A DNA stretch of 64,000 bases, taken from contig CAZFCQ010000007.1 of assembly GCA_964517845.1 (NCBI GenBank), positions 14,087-78,086 on the forward strand, in the 5' to 3' direction. A model generated the notes under the pieces. That model was not told where the DNA came from and did no database searches. It saw only the letters and a program-made list of their open reading frames with translations. Made by a program: the position numbers and the translations under genes. The DNA is from an uncultured Thermoprotei archaeon. Lineage in GTDB: Archaea > Thermoproteota > Thermoprotei > QMSL01 > B3-G16. This document shows, piece after piece, positions 29,659 through 39,404 of the stretch. Numbering within the stretch: the stretch's first letter is position 1; the number at the start of each line of letters is the position of its first letter.

Positions 29659-29963
29659 GAAGTATAGGTTACCGAAAATTACTGAAACGGTTAAATAAGA
29701 CAGTATATAGTGAGAAATTCATCCAGTATTTACATCGAAAAGTATAATGTTAGTACTCGTAGTCGAAAAGTGTCTAGCATTAAAGCTCATATGGATATTT
29801 ATCAAAAGAATGGATTATGGAAATTTCAGATAATAAAATTCAGAAGATCGAGCACGAATTTAGGTGAATCATAACTATGAGAAATTGGGTTCTGTCCACA
29901 TTAATGCTTAAACTATTTCGCACTTTTATCTCTTTTTAAAGACTTTATAGAAGGTAAGGACTC

Positions 29964-30383
29964 ATGAGAAGGAGTATAAGCGTCTACGTTTCTCTACCTA
30001 TGATAAGTATGGAGAATTTTGACTTCCATAAAAATTATGTCCAAATAATAAAAGAACTGGGATTGAAAGTGATCTCTGAGTGGGTATGTATTCCTCCATA
30101 TAATGAAAAACTCCCACCAAGAAGTATATTTGAGAGGGATATTAAAGCTATTAATGTAAGCGACTTATTAATAGCGGATATAACTCATCAAAGCCACGGA
30201 GTTGGAATGGAGATTATGTATGCTTACATGTTAGGAAAAAAGTTAATAGTTACCTTTAAGAAAGGATCGAAAGTTTCTCGCATGATACTAGGAATCCCAG
30301 GGATATTATGTGTGGAATATGAGAGCCTTAGTGATCTAAGAGAAAAACTTAGTGAAGCTATAAAGAGAATGTGGGCGGATTAA
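29964..30383 (+). CDS. nucleoside 2-deoxyribosyltransferase-like protein
   Basis: SVYVSLPM…DITHQSHGVGMEIMYAYMLGKKLIV resembles the deoxyribosyltransferase-like Rossmann fold (catalytic Glu in GxE); true start may be an internal Met. Confidence 0.5.
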   Translation: MRRSISVYVSLPMISMENFDFHKNYVQIIKELGLKVISEWVCIPPYNEKLPPRSIFERDIKAINVSDLLIADITHQSHGVGMEIMYAYMLGKKLIVTFKKGSKVSRMILGIPGILCVEYESLSDLREKLSEAIKRMWAD

Positions 30384-30385
30384 TC

Positions 30386-31114
30386 TTAATAGTAAAGCAG
30401 TTCATAAGCTCTAACAGCATACGATATCGCTTTATCTTTTGCTTTCTTCATGATGAGATCCTTAGCTATTTCATAGTACTTCTGTGCTTCTTTCTTGTAT
30501 TCCTGCTTAGGTGAAGAACTAAGTAGCTGCTCAGTTAGAAACAGTATTTCATCAACAATGTCCATATTCATATACTTAATTTTATGGAAATATCTGATTC
30601 TCTCCTCTAGATCTTTGAACGGTTTTCTTTCATGAGCTAACTGAGCTAGCTTATAGCCTAGATCGTATGCTTTTTCTAACGCATTGTCTAAATTAAATCG
30701 CGAGACAGGTAAAGGCTCTAAAGCACGTATATTTTTACAAAAGAAGAAATGATAAATGCTTTTAATGGCTAATACTAGGCCTTTTCCGGTACCTCCAGCT
30801 ACAGCTATTCCAAAGCCTGGTTTTCCATTTGAATTACCAAGATCTATTGTATCCATGAAGTCCTTAGTTAATCCATTTATATCAAGATAGTAAACTGGTG
30901 CTCCTATAATATAACCGTCTGCTTCTTTCATGATACCGTTTAGTTCATTAGGAGCTTTAGGAGATTGAGGAGTCCAAGGTCTTATATCGTAATCTATTAG
31001 ATAGATTATTTTCGTATCAACTCCAGCCTTAGATGCTCCTTCCAAAGCTTTATTAACTAGCTTACTAGTTAGCCCACTCTTACGTGGACTACCCACTATA
31101 CCAACTACTAACAT
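30386..31114 (-). CDS. NADPH-dependent FMN reductase-family flavoprotein
   Basis: MLVVGIVGSPRKSGLTSKL N-terminus and DGYIIGAPVYY motif of flavodoxin-like FMN reductases. Confidence 0.65.
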   Translation of the reverse strand: MLVVGIVGSPRKSGLTSKLVNKALEGASKAGVDTKIIYLIDYDIRPWTPQSPKAPNELNGIMKEADGYIIGAPVYYLDINGLTKDFMDTIDLGNSNGKPGFGIAVAGGTGKGLVLAIKSIYHFFFCKNIRALEPLPVSRFNLDNALEKAYDLGYKLAQLAHERKPFKDLEERIRYFHKIKYMNMDIVDEILFLTEQLLSSSPKQEYKKEAQKYYEIAKDLIMKKAKDKAISYAVRAYELLYY

Positions 31115-31413
31115 GGGGATGACCTAAGAAGACTTTAAAGCGATTTAGATTATATCTTTTTCCAGAAGGAGAATAAAACCAGACTTGGCTTTTTTCATTA
31201 GAGCCTTATTAAGAAGTTCAAGATAGGGAGCATTCTCAGAAATATAGATTAAAACACTATATACTCGTATGTAGTTACGGTATCGACATATTAGTTATTC
31301 CTAGATAGACTATGCTAGCATCATTAGGGTGATATCCAAGTAATATTAACTTTCCCTGTTAAGCAATTAGTAAAAAACCGTTTAATGATTTTTATCATGA
31401 GAGATGAAGCCAT

Positions 31414-32172
31414 ATGTCAGCATTACCCGTACTTAAGGTTGAAGGGAATAACCTTCCAGAAGTATGGGAGAGATCCATTATAGAGTTGTGGAAATATGGT
31501 ATAGAGATTGATACAGAGTATGGCCAAAAAAGTAAAGATTGTACTATGGTTATGGTAATAAGGAGGCCATTAAGTGAGCCGCGTATACACCGAGCTGGAC
31601 TTACAATTGGTAGGCTAGTGGATCTGGAGGGGTATTTACATGAGGTAATAGATGGAGAGAGGGATTACTTAGTAAGAGAAGGTAAAATACCGTATACATA
31701 TCATGAGCGATTATTCTCATATAGCGATGAAGGACATATTATAAATCAAGTTGAATATATCGTTGATAAATTATCAAAAGCTCCTTACTCTCGAAGAGCA
31801 CAAGCCATAACATGGAAACCTAGACAGGATACTAAAATCGATGCTCCGCCATGTCTTCAAAGAATTTGGTGCAGAGTGTATAACTGTCGCTTAGTAATGC
31901 ACGCGATATGGAGATCAAGAGACGCTTTAAAGGCAGCATTTATGAATATGTATGTTCTCACAGAATTACAGTCTAGAATTGCAAGTGAGCTTAGTAGAAG
32001 GTTAGGTAAGAAGATAGACGTAGGAGAATATGTAGATATTAGTAATAGCTATCACATTTATGAGCAAGATTATAAGAATGTAGAAGTTCTTCTTAAGGCT
32101 ATTTGTACACGACCTTGGAGACAAAGAGTATGGACTACAGAAGAGTATTTAAGAATGATTAGGAAAGCTTAA
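31414..32172 (+). CDS. thymidylate synthase (ThyA)-like protein, divergent archaeal type
   Basis: APPCLQRIWCRV…WRSRDALKAAFMNMYVLTELQSRIA aligns to the ThyA LPPCH…QRSxD…NIASYALL core, with Leu replacing the His after the catalytic Cys. Confidence 0.6.
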   Translation: MSALPVLKVEGNNLPEVWERSIIELWKYGIEIDTEYGQKSKDCTMVMVIRRPLSEPRIHRAGLTIGRLVDLEGYLHEVIDGERDYLVREGKIPYTYHERLFSYSDEGHIINQVEYIVDKLSKAPYSRRAQAITWKPRQDTKIDAPPCLQRIWCRVYNCRLVMHAIWRSRDALKAAFMNMYVLTELQSRIASELSRRLGKKIDVGEYVDISNSYHIYEQDYKNVEVLLKAICTRPWRQRVWTTEEYLRMIRKA

Positions 32173-32304
32173 CTATTAGTTAATGAATCTTTTTATAAGT
32201 ATAATATGAGTACCTTTAGATGTAGAATAACTAGTAGGTAATATTAGACATAGATGAGACAGCTTTCACAATGCAAATTTGTATATTACTACGGTGTATG
32301 TAGC

Positions 32305-34389
32305 ATGCATAAAGTACGCATAGGGATAGACATAGGTGGTACGTTCACTGATTTAGTAATTTATAATGAAAAGAAAAACACATTCATAATGAGAAAAATT
32401 GCTACTTCTCCTAGTTCTTTAGAGTCATCAGTACTTAAGCTAATAGACGATATAATGAGAGAAGGATATAGAGCACAAGATATCGAAATGATACTTCATG
32501 CAACTACAATAGCTACAAATGCCCTCTTAGGCCAAAAAGGACTAAGATTACCCAAAGCCGCCTTAATTACAACTAAGGGATTTATAGATATAATAGAAAT
32601 AGGTAGGCAGCGTAGACCAGAACTCTATAACCTATTTACTAAAAAATTAAGACCTCTCATTCCTCGAAGGTTACGGTTTGGAATCACAGAAAGGATAAAT
32701 GCGCAAGGTGAAGTCATAATACCTCTTAATGAGAACGAATTGAGAGAAGTATGTAAAAAACTTCGCAAAGAGAATATAGAAGCGATAGTCGTATGTTTCT
32801 TAAACTCCTATATCAATCCTATTCATGAAATAAGAGCTAAGGAAATAATTAAGGAAGAGGTACCACACGCTTGGATTGTGATATCTTCCGAGGTAGATCC
32901 TCAGTATAAAGAATATGAGAGAACAAGTACAACTATTATTAACGCAATTCTTGGTCCTATAGTATCCAAGTATTTAACAAATATCGAAAGAGGACTTCGT
33001 AAGAGAAACATAAAAGCTTCACTATTTATAATGAAGTCAAGTGGGGGAGTAGCTCCTATAAAATCAATAATTCGAAGGCCTGCAGCAATGATAGAGTCAG
33101 GACCTGCAGCAGGAGTCATTGCCACATCATTTTTAAGTAAGATCCTGAATAGGAAGAAGGCTATAAGTTTCGATATGGGCGGTACTACAGCTAAAGCAGG
33201 TATTATAATAGATAACATACCCAGCGTTAGATATGAACTAGAAGTAGGAAAAGTACACAAGGGAGGCGAGGGAGAAGGTATAGATTATATAGTTCGAGAG
33301 CCAGTAATAGATTTAGCAGAGTGTAGCGCAGGAGGAGGTTCTATAGCATGGATAGATGAGGAAGGATTACTTAGAGTAGGACCTTTAAGTGCAGGAGCAT
33401 ATCCAGGTCCAGCCTGTTATGGAAGAGGAGGAGAAGATCCTACAGTAACGGATGCTAATTTAGTGTTAGGGAGAATGCCAAGGAAAATACTTAATGGAAG
33501 TATGCAACTTCATATAGATAATGCCTTAAAAGCAATAGAAGAGAAGATATGCAAAAAGATAGGATGGAACACAATTGAAGCCGCCGAAGGAATACTACGC
33601 ATAGTCAATAACGAAATGGCTAATATAATAAAATTGATGACGATTGAGAGAGGACTTGATCCTAGAGAATTTACATTAGTAGCTTATGGTGGAGCTGGTC
33701 CTCTTCATGCTACAGATTTAGCAGAAGAGCTAGATATAAAGGAGGTAATAATACCCCCTCTTCCAGGAAACTTCTCAGCATACGGACTTATAGTAACAGA
33801 TATACAGTATGAATATGTAAAATCCTTGTTAAAACCTTTGAGTAGTATAGATCCTAAGGAATTAGAGGAGGAATACATACTCTTAGAGGAGAAGGCATTA
33901 AGAGATATCTCTAAGGATATCAATGAAATGAACAGTGTTATAATATTCAGATATGCGGAACTACGATATCTTGGACAATCTTATGGAGTAATGATATCAG
34001 TACCTAGACCTATAGGCTCCTATAAGGATATAGAAACTATAAGGGGAAGATATTTAGAAAAGTATGAACAGATGTATCTGTACGCAAATCCTAGTCAAGC
34101 AATTGAGTTAGTTAATTTAAGGATAAATCTGATGATCCCTATCAAAAAGCCGCTTCTTAGAATGCCTACAAATCATGTAGGTATAGGAAAAACTGCATTA
34201 AGAGGTTATAGATCAGCATATTTAAACGGTGAAGTTATAAGGGTTCCAGTTTACGAGAGAAGTAAACTACCTGTAGGCTTCGAAATTGAAGGTCCTGCTT
34301 TTATTGAAGAATATGGATCTACAACTTTTGTAAGTACATCATGGAGTGCCATAGTAGATGAGTATGGAAATTTAATACTTAAAAGGTGA
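32305..34389 (+). CDS. hydantoinase/oxoprolinase A subunit (HyuA family)
   Basis: RIGIDIGGTFTD N-terminal ASKHA fold; 690-700 aa; translationally coupled to B subunit. Confidence 0.85.
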   Translation: MHKVRIGIDIGGTFTDLVIYNEKKNTFIMRKIATSPSSLESSVLKLIDDIMREGYRAQDIEMILHATTIATNALLGQKGLRLPKAALITTKGFIDIIEIGRQRRPELYNLFTKKLRPLIPRRLRFGITERINAQGEVIIPLNENELREVCKKLRKENIEAIVVCFLNSYINPIHEIRAKEIIKEEVPHAWIVISSEVDPQYKEYERTSTTIINAILGPIVSKYLTNIERGLRKRNIKASLFIMKSSGGVAPIKSIIRRPAAMIESGPAAGVIATSFLSKILNRKKAISFDMGGTTAKAGIIIDNIPSVRYELEVGKVHKGGEGEGIDYIVREPVIDLAECSAGGGSIAWIDEEGLLRVGPLSAGAYPGPACYGRGGEDPTVTDANLVLGRMPRKILNGSMQLHIDNALKAIEEKICKKIGWNTIEAAEGILRIVNNEMANIIKLMTIERGLDPREFTLVAYGGAGPLHATDLAEELDIKEVIIPPLPGNFSAYGLIVTDIQYEYVKSLLKPLSSIDPKELEEEYILLEEKALRDISKDINEMNSVIIFRYAELRYLGQSYGVMISVPRPIGSYKDIETIRGRYLEKYEQMYLYANPSQAIELVNLRINLMIPIKKPLLRMPTNHVGIGKTALRGYRSAYLNGEVIRVPVYERSKLPVGFEIEGPAFIEEYGSTTFVSTSWSAIVDEYGNLILKR

Positions 34390-34395
34390 AATACA

Positions 34396-36071
34396 TGGAC
34401 CTCATTACCTTCCAGGTAATTCGAGGAAGCTTAGTAAATGCCTGTAAAGAAGCAGGTATAGTTTTAAGAAACACAGCATTCTCCCCAAATATAAAAGAAA
34501 GAATGGATCATTCAACAGCCATAATAACTCCTAACATAGAACTAGTAGCCCAAGCTGAGCATATTCCTGTGCATCTAGGATCTATGTCATGGGGCGTTAA
34601 GAATACATTAAAACATATAGACGAGTTAGAAGAAGGGGATATAATAATAGTTAATGATCCCTACATAGCTGGAACACACTTACCAGACTTGTTAATGATT
34701 AAACCTGTGTTCTTTAAAGGGGAGATTATAGCCTTTGTTGTTAATAAAGCACACCATTCTGACATAGGAGGTATGACCCCAGGTAGTATGCCTAGTGATG
34801 CTTCTGAAATATATCAGGAAGGGCTTATAATACCACCAGTTAAACTTGTTAAGAGAGGAAGAGTTAATGAGGATATCTTAAGACTGATTTTAGCCAATGT
34901 TAGAACTCCTAAAGTAAGGCTGGGAGACATAGAGGCCCAAATTTCAGCTAATATGATACTAGAGAAAAGAATAGTAGAAATAGCAAAGAAATATGGTACT
35001 GAAAGTCTCTTAGAAGTCATGGAGAAAATGCTAGTTCGTTCTGAAAGAATGCTAAGAAGAAGAATTGCTCATATACCTCAGGGAAAGTATCAAGGAGAGG
35101 ATTACCTTGAAGCTAAAGATAAAATACTAAGAATAAAAGCAACGATAGAAATTAAAGAAGGAAACATTTTAATCGATTTCAGAGGAAGTGACGAACAGGT
35201 AGACGAACCTATTAATGCAGTAATGGGTGTTACCTTAGCATGTGTTTTATATGTTTTAAAAACGATTTCTGATCCTTACGGAATTGCAAATGACGGATAT
35301 TTGAGAATTACAAAAGTATATGCACCAGAGGGAACTATTGTAAATGCTAAGCCTCCAGCACCAGTATCTGGAGGTAACGTAGAGACATCACAACGTATAG
35401 TAGATGTGTTATTTAAGGCTCTTTCTAAGGCACTACCAAATACAATACCAGCTGCAAGTCAGGGAACCATGAACAATATCTCAGTTGGGGGATATGATGA
35501 AAAAGGTAATGGATGGACTTTTTATGAAACCATAGGTGGAGGCATGGGTGCTAGACCAATGTTAGATGGACTAGACGGCGTACACACACATATGACTAAT
35601 ACCATGAACACGCCAATTGAAGTTCTAGAGAAGTACTATCCAATAATGTTTGTAAAATATGAGCTAAGAAGAGATAGTTGTGGGGCAGGTATGTGGAGAG
35701 GAGGATGTGGTATTGAGAGGGTATGGATTTTTCTAGGTAAAAAAGCTACATTATCTATAATGGGGAATAGAGTATATACGAGACCATGGGGCCTTAAAGG
35801 CGGTATGCCAGGAGCACCTGCAGAGTATATTATAGAGAAGAGCGATGGTAAAACAATAAGACTAAAGCCTATGTCGACTATCAGGATTTTTAAAGGAGAT
35901 AAAATAATAATAAGAACTCCGGGTGGAGGAGGATACGGAGATCCTCTAAAGAGAGATAGAGAGAAAGTAATCAATGATTACTTAAATGGTAAAATTAGCA
36001 AAGAGACTATGAATAATGTATATAATATACAGTATACTATTGGAGAAGGAGAGAAACCTAATGTTATTTAG
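34396..36071 (+). CDS. hydantoinase/oxoprolinase B subunit (HyuB family)
   Basis: MDLITFQVIRGSL N-terminus, IIVNDPY…GTHLPD HyuB motifs; ATG 34396 preferred over GTG 34386. Confidence 0.85.
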
Positions 36072-36468
36072 TCTTAAGAAGAGTTATTATAAGGAGAATA
36101 GCTATTAGAGAGGCAGCAGAGGAGAAAAGAAGCACTACTTCTATGGGTTGATGCGAGAACAGCGTTAGGATTATGAACAAGATTGAGACGCATATACCTG
36201 TGATATTGGAAATATAGTATCTACGTACTAACATGAATGCCGATACTAAATAGAGCAGTCCTAGAATGGTGAGGGGGATGCCTCCGAAGATACTCATCGT
36301 AACGCCTCGGATTAAGTCTGAAAGAGATATGAGTAATGAAAGTATGCCAAGGGTTAATGAGAGAGATATCGATAACTTCTCGCATAGGCTTAAAACTTTC
36401 TGTGAATCACTTTTACTTAACATGAAAATAAGTAATAGTGATTCAGATATATTAGCTTTATTTATCAC
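36064..36468 (-). CDS. small membrane protein (4 TM)
   Basis: 134 aa, mostly hydrophobic. Confidence 0.4.
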   Translation of the reverse strand: MINKANISESLLLIFMLSKSDSQKVLSLCEKLSISLSLTLGILSLLISLSDLIRGVTMSIFGGIPLTILGLLYLVSAFMLVRRYYISNITGICVSILFIILTLFSHQPIEVVLLFSSAASLIAILLIITLLKTK

Positions 36469-36497
36469 ATCATTAATGGAGTGTTTTTATGTAATAT

Positions 36498-38183
36498 TTA
36501 AATAGTAACGGTAGGGAATACGTTTATCCTCTTAGCAAGTTCTAAGGCTTCTTTCTCGCTTCCCTTAAATATCGTTAATTTCCAAGAGAAAGATCTTTGA
36601 GGAGGAGTTCTCAATATAAATCCACAGCCACGAAGGGATTTATCAATTGAGAAGGCAACATGCATATACTCATTATGTTTTATAATGAATGTATCTTTGT
36701 TTAAGCTTATTAAACCATTAGGTAATGGTAGAGAGATTCTTTCGAACTTAAAGTCATTTAAATTAATGTAAACGAGTCTATCCTCCTCAAGCGCTGGAGA
36801 GTATCCTATTTCATCAGATAATAGGGGGAATATAACACCTACAAAGGATACCATTAGCTCAGGTGTAAATCTTAGGTCTATGGTATATTGATCCCTCTCG
36901 ACTCTATAACACTCTAGTTCATAAGAGGAGGCGCCTATTACTTGTAATGGTATAGGTGGATGAGCCTTTGAAATATTGCGTTTCTCCTCAAGTGATTTGG
37001 AGGATATCTCACCTGTGAACGTATTTACAGTAAGCTTACCCTTGAAGCCTAATTTCTTCTTTAAAAGGGTTATGACATATCTGGCATGGGCTAAAGCAGC
37101 TTTAGCTTCTATATCGGAGTAAAAGGCCTCTACTAGTGCAGGAAACCAGCCTGTTGAATCACTAGCTTCAGCTCTTAATTGATGTTTCCAGCCTTCCCTT
37201 ATTAGAAAGGATTCCTTATCAATATTTAAGCCTTGATTCCTAGCGTAATTTAATAGTGTCTCACAAGCTAGAAGGTATTTTCTACTCTTAAATGTCAGAG
37301 ATCTCGCTTCACAATCTCGTTCATAAGGATTCATGTAGACACCCATCCACATAAATACGCCTAAGGACACCCTCATATTCCACGATCCATCAACTATTCG
37401 ACTGAGCCTAACTGGAGCGAGTCCTTGCTTCTTGAGCATATCTACATACTCTGAAATAGTATACATTGTAAAGCCATGTTTCTCTAGATCTTCAATAATC
37501 TGTTCGAACTGAAGCCTAAGGTCTTCACGATAGGTAAGACTTTTAGAAAACATCGGAGATCTACCTGTTAGAAGTGGCTCTCCATCTCCATACCATACCC
37601 ATGTCCATTTAACATCTTCATATTCGTTTACGATGGGTCTTCTTCCCCTAGGTGGTGTAGCTATTAAAACTATGATATCGTTATATTCATAGTAAGGATA
37701 AAGTTTTTCCTCTCCATGAAGATATTCATAATAATCCTTTGTAATTGTAGCTATTTTAAAGCCGTATTCTTTCATGAAAGAAAAAGCTCCTTCTCCGAAG
37801 AAGTTCTCCTGTGTGAAAAATACTGATGACCTCTTGATATTTAGTTCACTTAGTAGGGAATCGTTTATCGTTACTGACTTAACCATGTCATATCGAGGAT
37901 AGGCTAGCCATATCTGATCAGAATAATGCGCAGATACAAGTTCTATTTGACCTCTATTAATTAATAATCTAAGTTTATCGATTATATGAGGGTAGTGTTC
38001 TTTAAGGTATTCTAAGAAGTAGCCTTGAAGCTCTAAGTCACATTTCCACTTAGGATGGGCTAGATACAGATCTAAGAACGGTTCAAAGCTTTCAAAGATT
38101 ATTTCGTCGTAAGTATGTACTGCCCCAGCTACGAATTGTATGTTGAAATGGTATAGTGAGAGTATTGCTTTAATATCATTCAT
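36498..38183 (-). CDS. glycoside hydrolase family 57-like / polysaccharide-deacetylase-fold protein
   Basis: 561 aa; the N-terminal beta/alpha region (LYHFNIQFVAGAVHTY…IELVSAHYSDQIWLAYP) and the large helical C-terminal domain resemble GH57/GH38-type enzymes; catalytic residues not pinned down. Confidence 0.45.
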   Translation of the reverse strand: MNDIKAILSLYHFNIQFVAGAVHTYDEIIFESFEPFLDLYLAHPKWKCDLELQGYFLEYLKEHYPHIIDKLRLLINRGQIELVSAHYSDQIWLAYPRYDMVKSVTINDSLLSELNIKRSSVFFTQENFFGEGAFSFMKEYGFKIATITKDYYEYLHGEEKLYPYYEYNDIIVLIATPPRGRRPIVNEYEDVKWTWVWYGDGEPLLTGRSPMFSKSLTYREDLRLQFEQIIEDLEKHGFTMYTISEYVDMLKKQGLAPVRLSRIVDGSWNMRVSLGVFMWMGVYMNPYERDCEARSLTFKSRKYLLACETLLNYARNQGLNIDKESFLIREGWKHQLRAEASDSTGWFPALVEAFYSDIEAKAALAHARYVITLLKKKLGFKGKLTVNTFTGEISSKSLEEKRNISKAHPPIPLQVIGASSYELECYRVERDQYTIDLRFTPELMVSFVGVIFPLLSDEIGYSPALEEDRLVYINLNDFKFERISLPLPNGLISLNKDTFIIKHNEYMHVAFSIDKSLRGCGFILRTPPQRSFSWKLTIFKGSEKEALELAKRINVFPTVTI

Positions 38184-38359
38184 GTATAATCTCCGCAGTA
38201 GATATAATCATGAAGTTAAGTATTAAAGTAAAACGCCTTAAAATAGAGATCCAATACAGAAGTTGTCTATCGATATTGCTCGGTAAAAAGATGAAGACTA
38301 ATCGAGCTTTCATAAAGAAATTTATGTTCTAATTTAAGATTGATAAAGGGGGATAATTC

Positions 38360-39175
38360 GTGAAGTTAGCAGTTTATACATTACTCTTCAGAGACCATGC
38401 TTTAGAAAGTATTGCTAAAATTCTTAAAGAATTAGGGTATGACGGTATAGAAATCAGAATTGCAGAGGATGGCATTCATATGCCTATTGATATCTCAGAC
38501 GATGAAGTAAAGAAAATAAAATATACTATGGACAATATGGGATTAGAAATACCTTGTATCTCATCTTATTGTAAGTTAGGTTATCCAGGAGACAGAGGAG
38601 AGACAGAGCTTAAAAAGATGGAAAAAGTCGGAAGAGTAGCGGAAATCTTAGGGTCTTATTATTTCAGAATACAAACCGCTAACTATAATCCTGAATTAGG
38701 ATACGAGAAAATGCGCGAAATCATCAGAAAACAAATAGAAGAAATTTCAACTAGACTAAAAAGGCATAACATAGAAGCTTTACCCATAATAGAACAGCAC
38801 GGTATAAGCTGTCTTTCATCTTCAGCAGGAATTCTAATAGACTTATTAAGGGGCATTTCTCCTGAGAAGATAGGCGTTCTTTATGATCCAGGTAATACCG
38901 TTCATGAAGGATGGGAAAGACCAGAAATTCAGATAGATATACTCAGGGATTATATAAAGTATGTACATGTGAAAAATTACGATCGTACACCAGAGAACCC
39001 TCGAAGAGCAGTACCTTCACCACTTGATAAAGGAATACTCGACTGGAAAATGATAATAGAGCGACTTAAGGCTATAGGGTATAATGGGTATCTCTCACTA
39101 GAGGACTTTAGGCCTATTCCACCTGAAGAAAGAGCAAAAGAAGCGATTAACTTCCTAAGATCTCTTATAAAATAA
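38360..39175 (+). CDS. sugar phosphate isomerase/epimerase (xylose isomerase-like TIM barrel)
   Basis: 271 aa; GYDGIEIR, HVKNYDRTP and LSLEDF motifs are consistent with AP-endonuclease-2/xylose isomerase-like TIM barrels; GTG start. Confidence 0.7.
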   Translation: MKLAVYTLLFRDHALESIAKILKELGYDGIEIRIAEDGIHMPIDISDDEVKKIKYTMDNMGLEIPCISSYCKLGYPGDRGETELKKMEKVGRVAEILGSYYFRIQTANYNPELGYEKMREIIRKQIEEISTRLKRHNIEALPIIEQHGISCLSSSAGILIDLLRGISPEKIGVLYDPGNTVHEGWERPEIQIDILRDYIKYVHVKNYDRTPENPRRAVPSPLDKGILDWKMIIERLKAIGYNGYLSLEDFRPIPPEERAKEAINFLRSLIK

Positions 39176-39185
39176 AAAGTGGAGC

Positions 39186-39333
39186 TGAGACTAAGCCTAA
39201 TCACTCTGCAAGAGTAATAGCGATCTACCTTAGACATTCATCGGTAAGCTCACGCTCACCATAAATGCCTAAGAGATAGACTCACTATACACTCCTGCAG
39301 GGCAACTAAGCCTGCTCCTCAGCTCCATTTTAT
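39186..39333. other. GC-rich structured intergenic element (candidate ncRNA) closed by a 9-bp terminal stem GGAGCTGAG/CTCAGCTCC
   Basis: About 48% GC in a roughly 35% GC genome; terminal inverted repeat plus internal hairpins (CTCTgcaAGAG, GCAGGgcaactaagCCTGC); repeated ACTAAGCCT. Confidence 0.25.
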
Positions 39334-39404
39334 TAATAATAATCTTCCATATATAAACCTTTGTTAGGATGTCTATTCTGACAATAATTTATTCTTTAAC
39401 TTAA

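Noticed and set aside
29700-29800. Duplicated TCGAAAAGT 9-mers upstream of the deoxyribosyltransferase-like gene
   Set aside because: Only two short copies; insufficient to call a regulatory repeat.
34386-34395. GTG at 34386 as the hyuB start (as in the ORF track)
   Set aside because: It overlaps the hyuA stop; the ATG at 34396 gives the conserved MDLITFQVIRG N-terminus, so the shorter ATG start was preferred.
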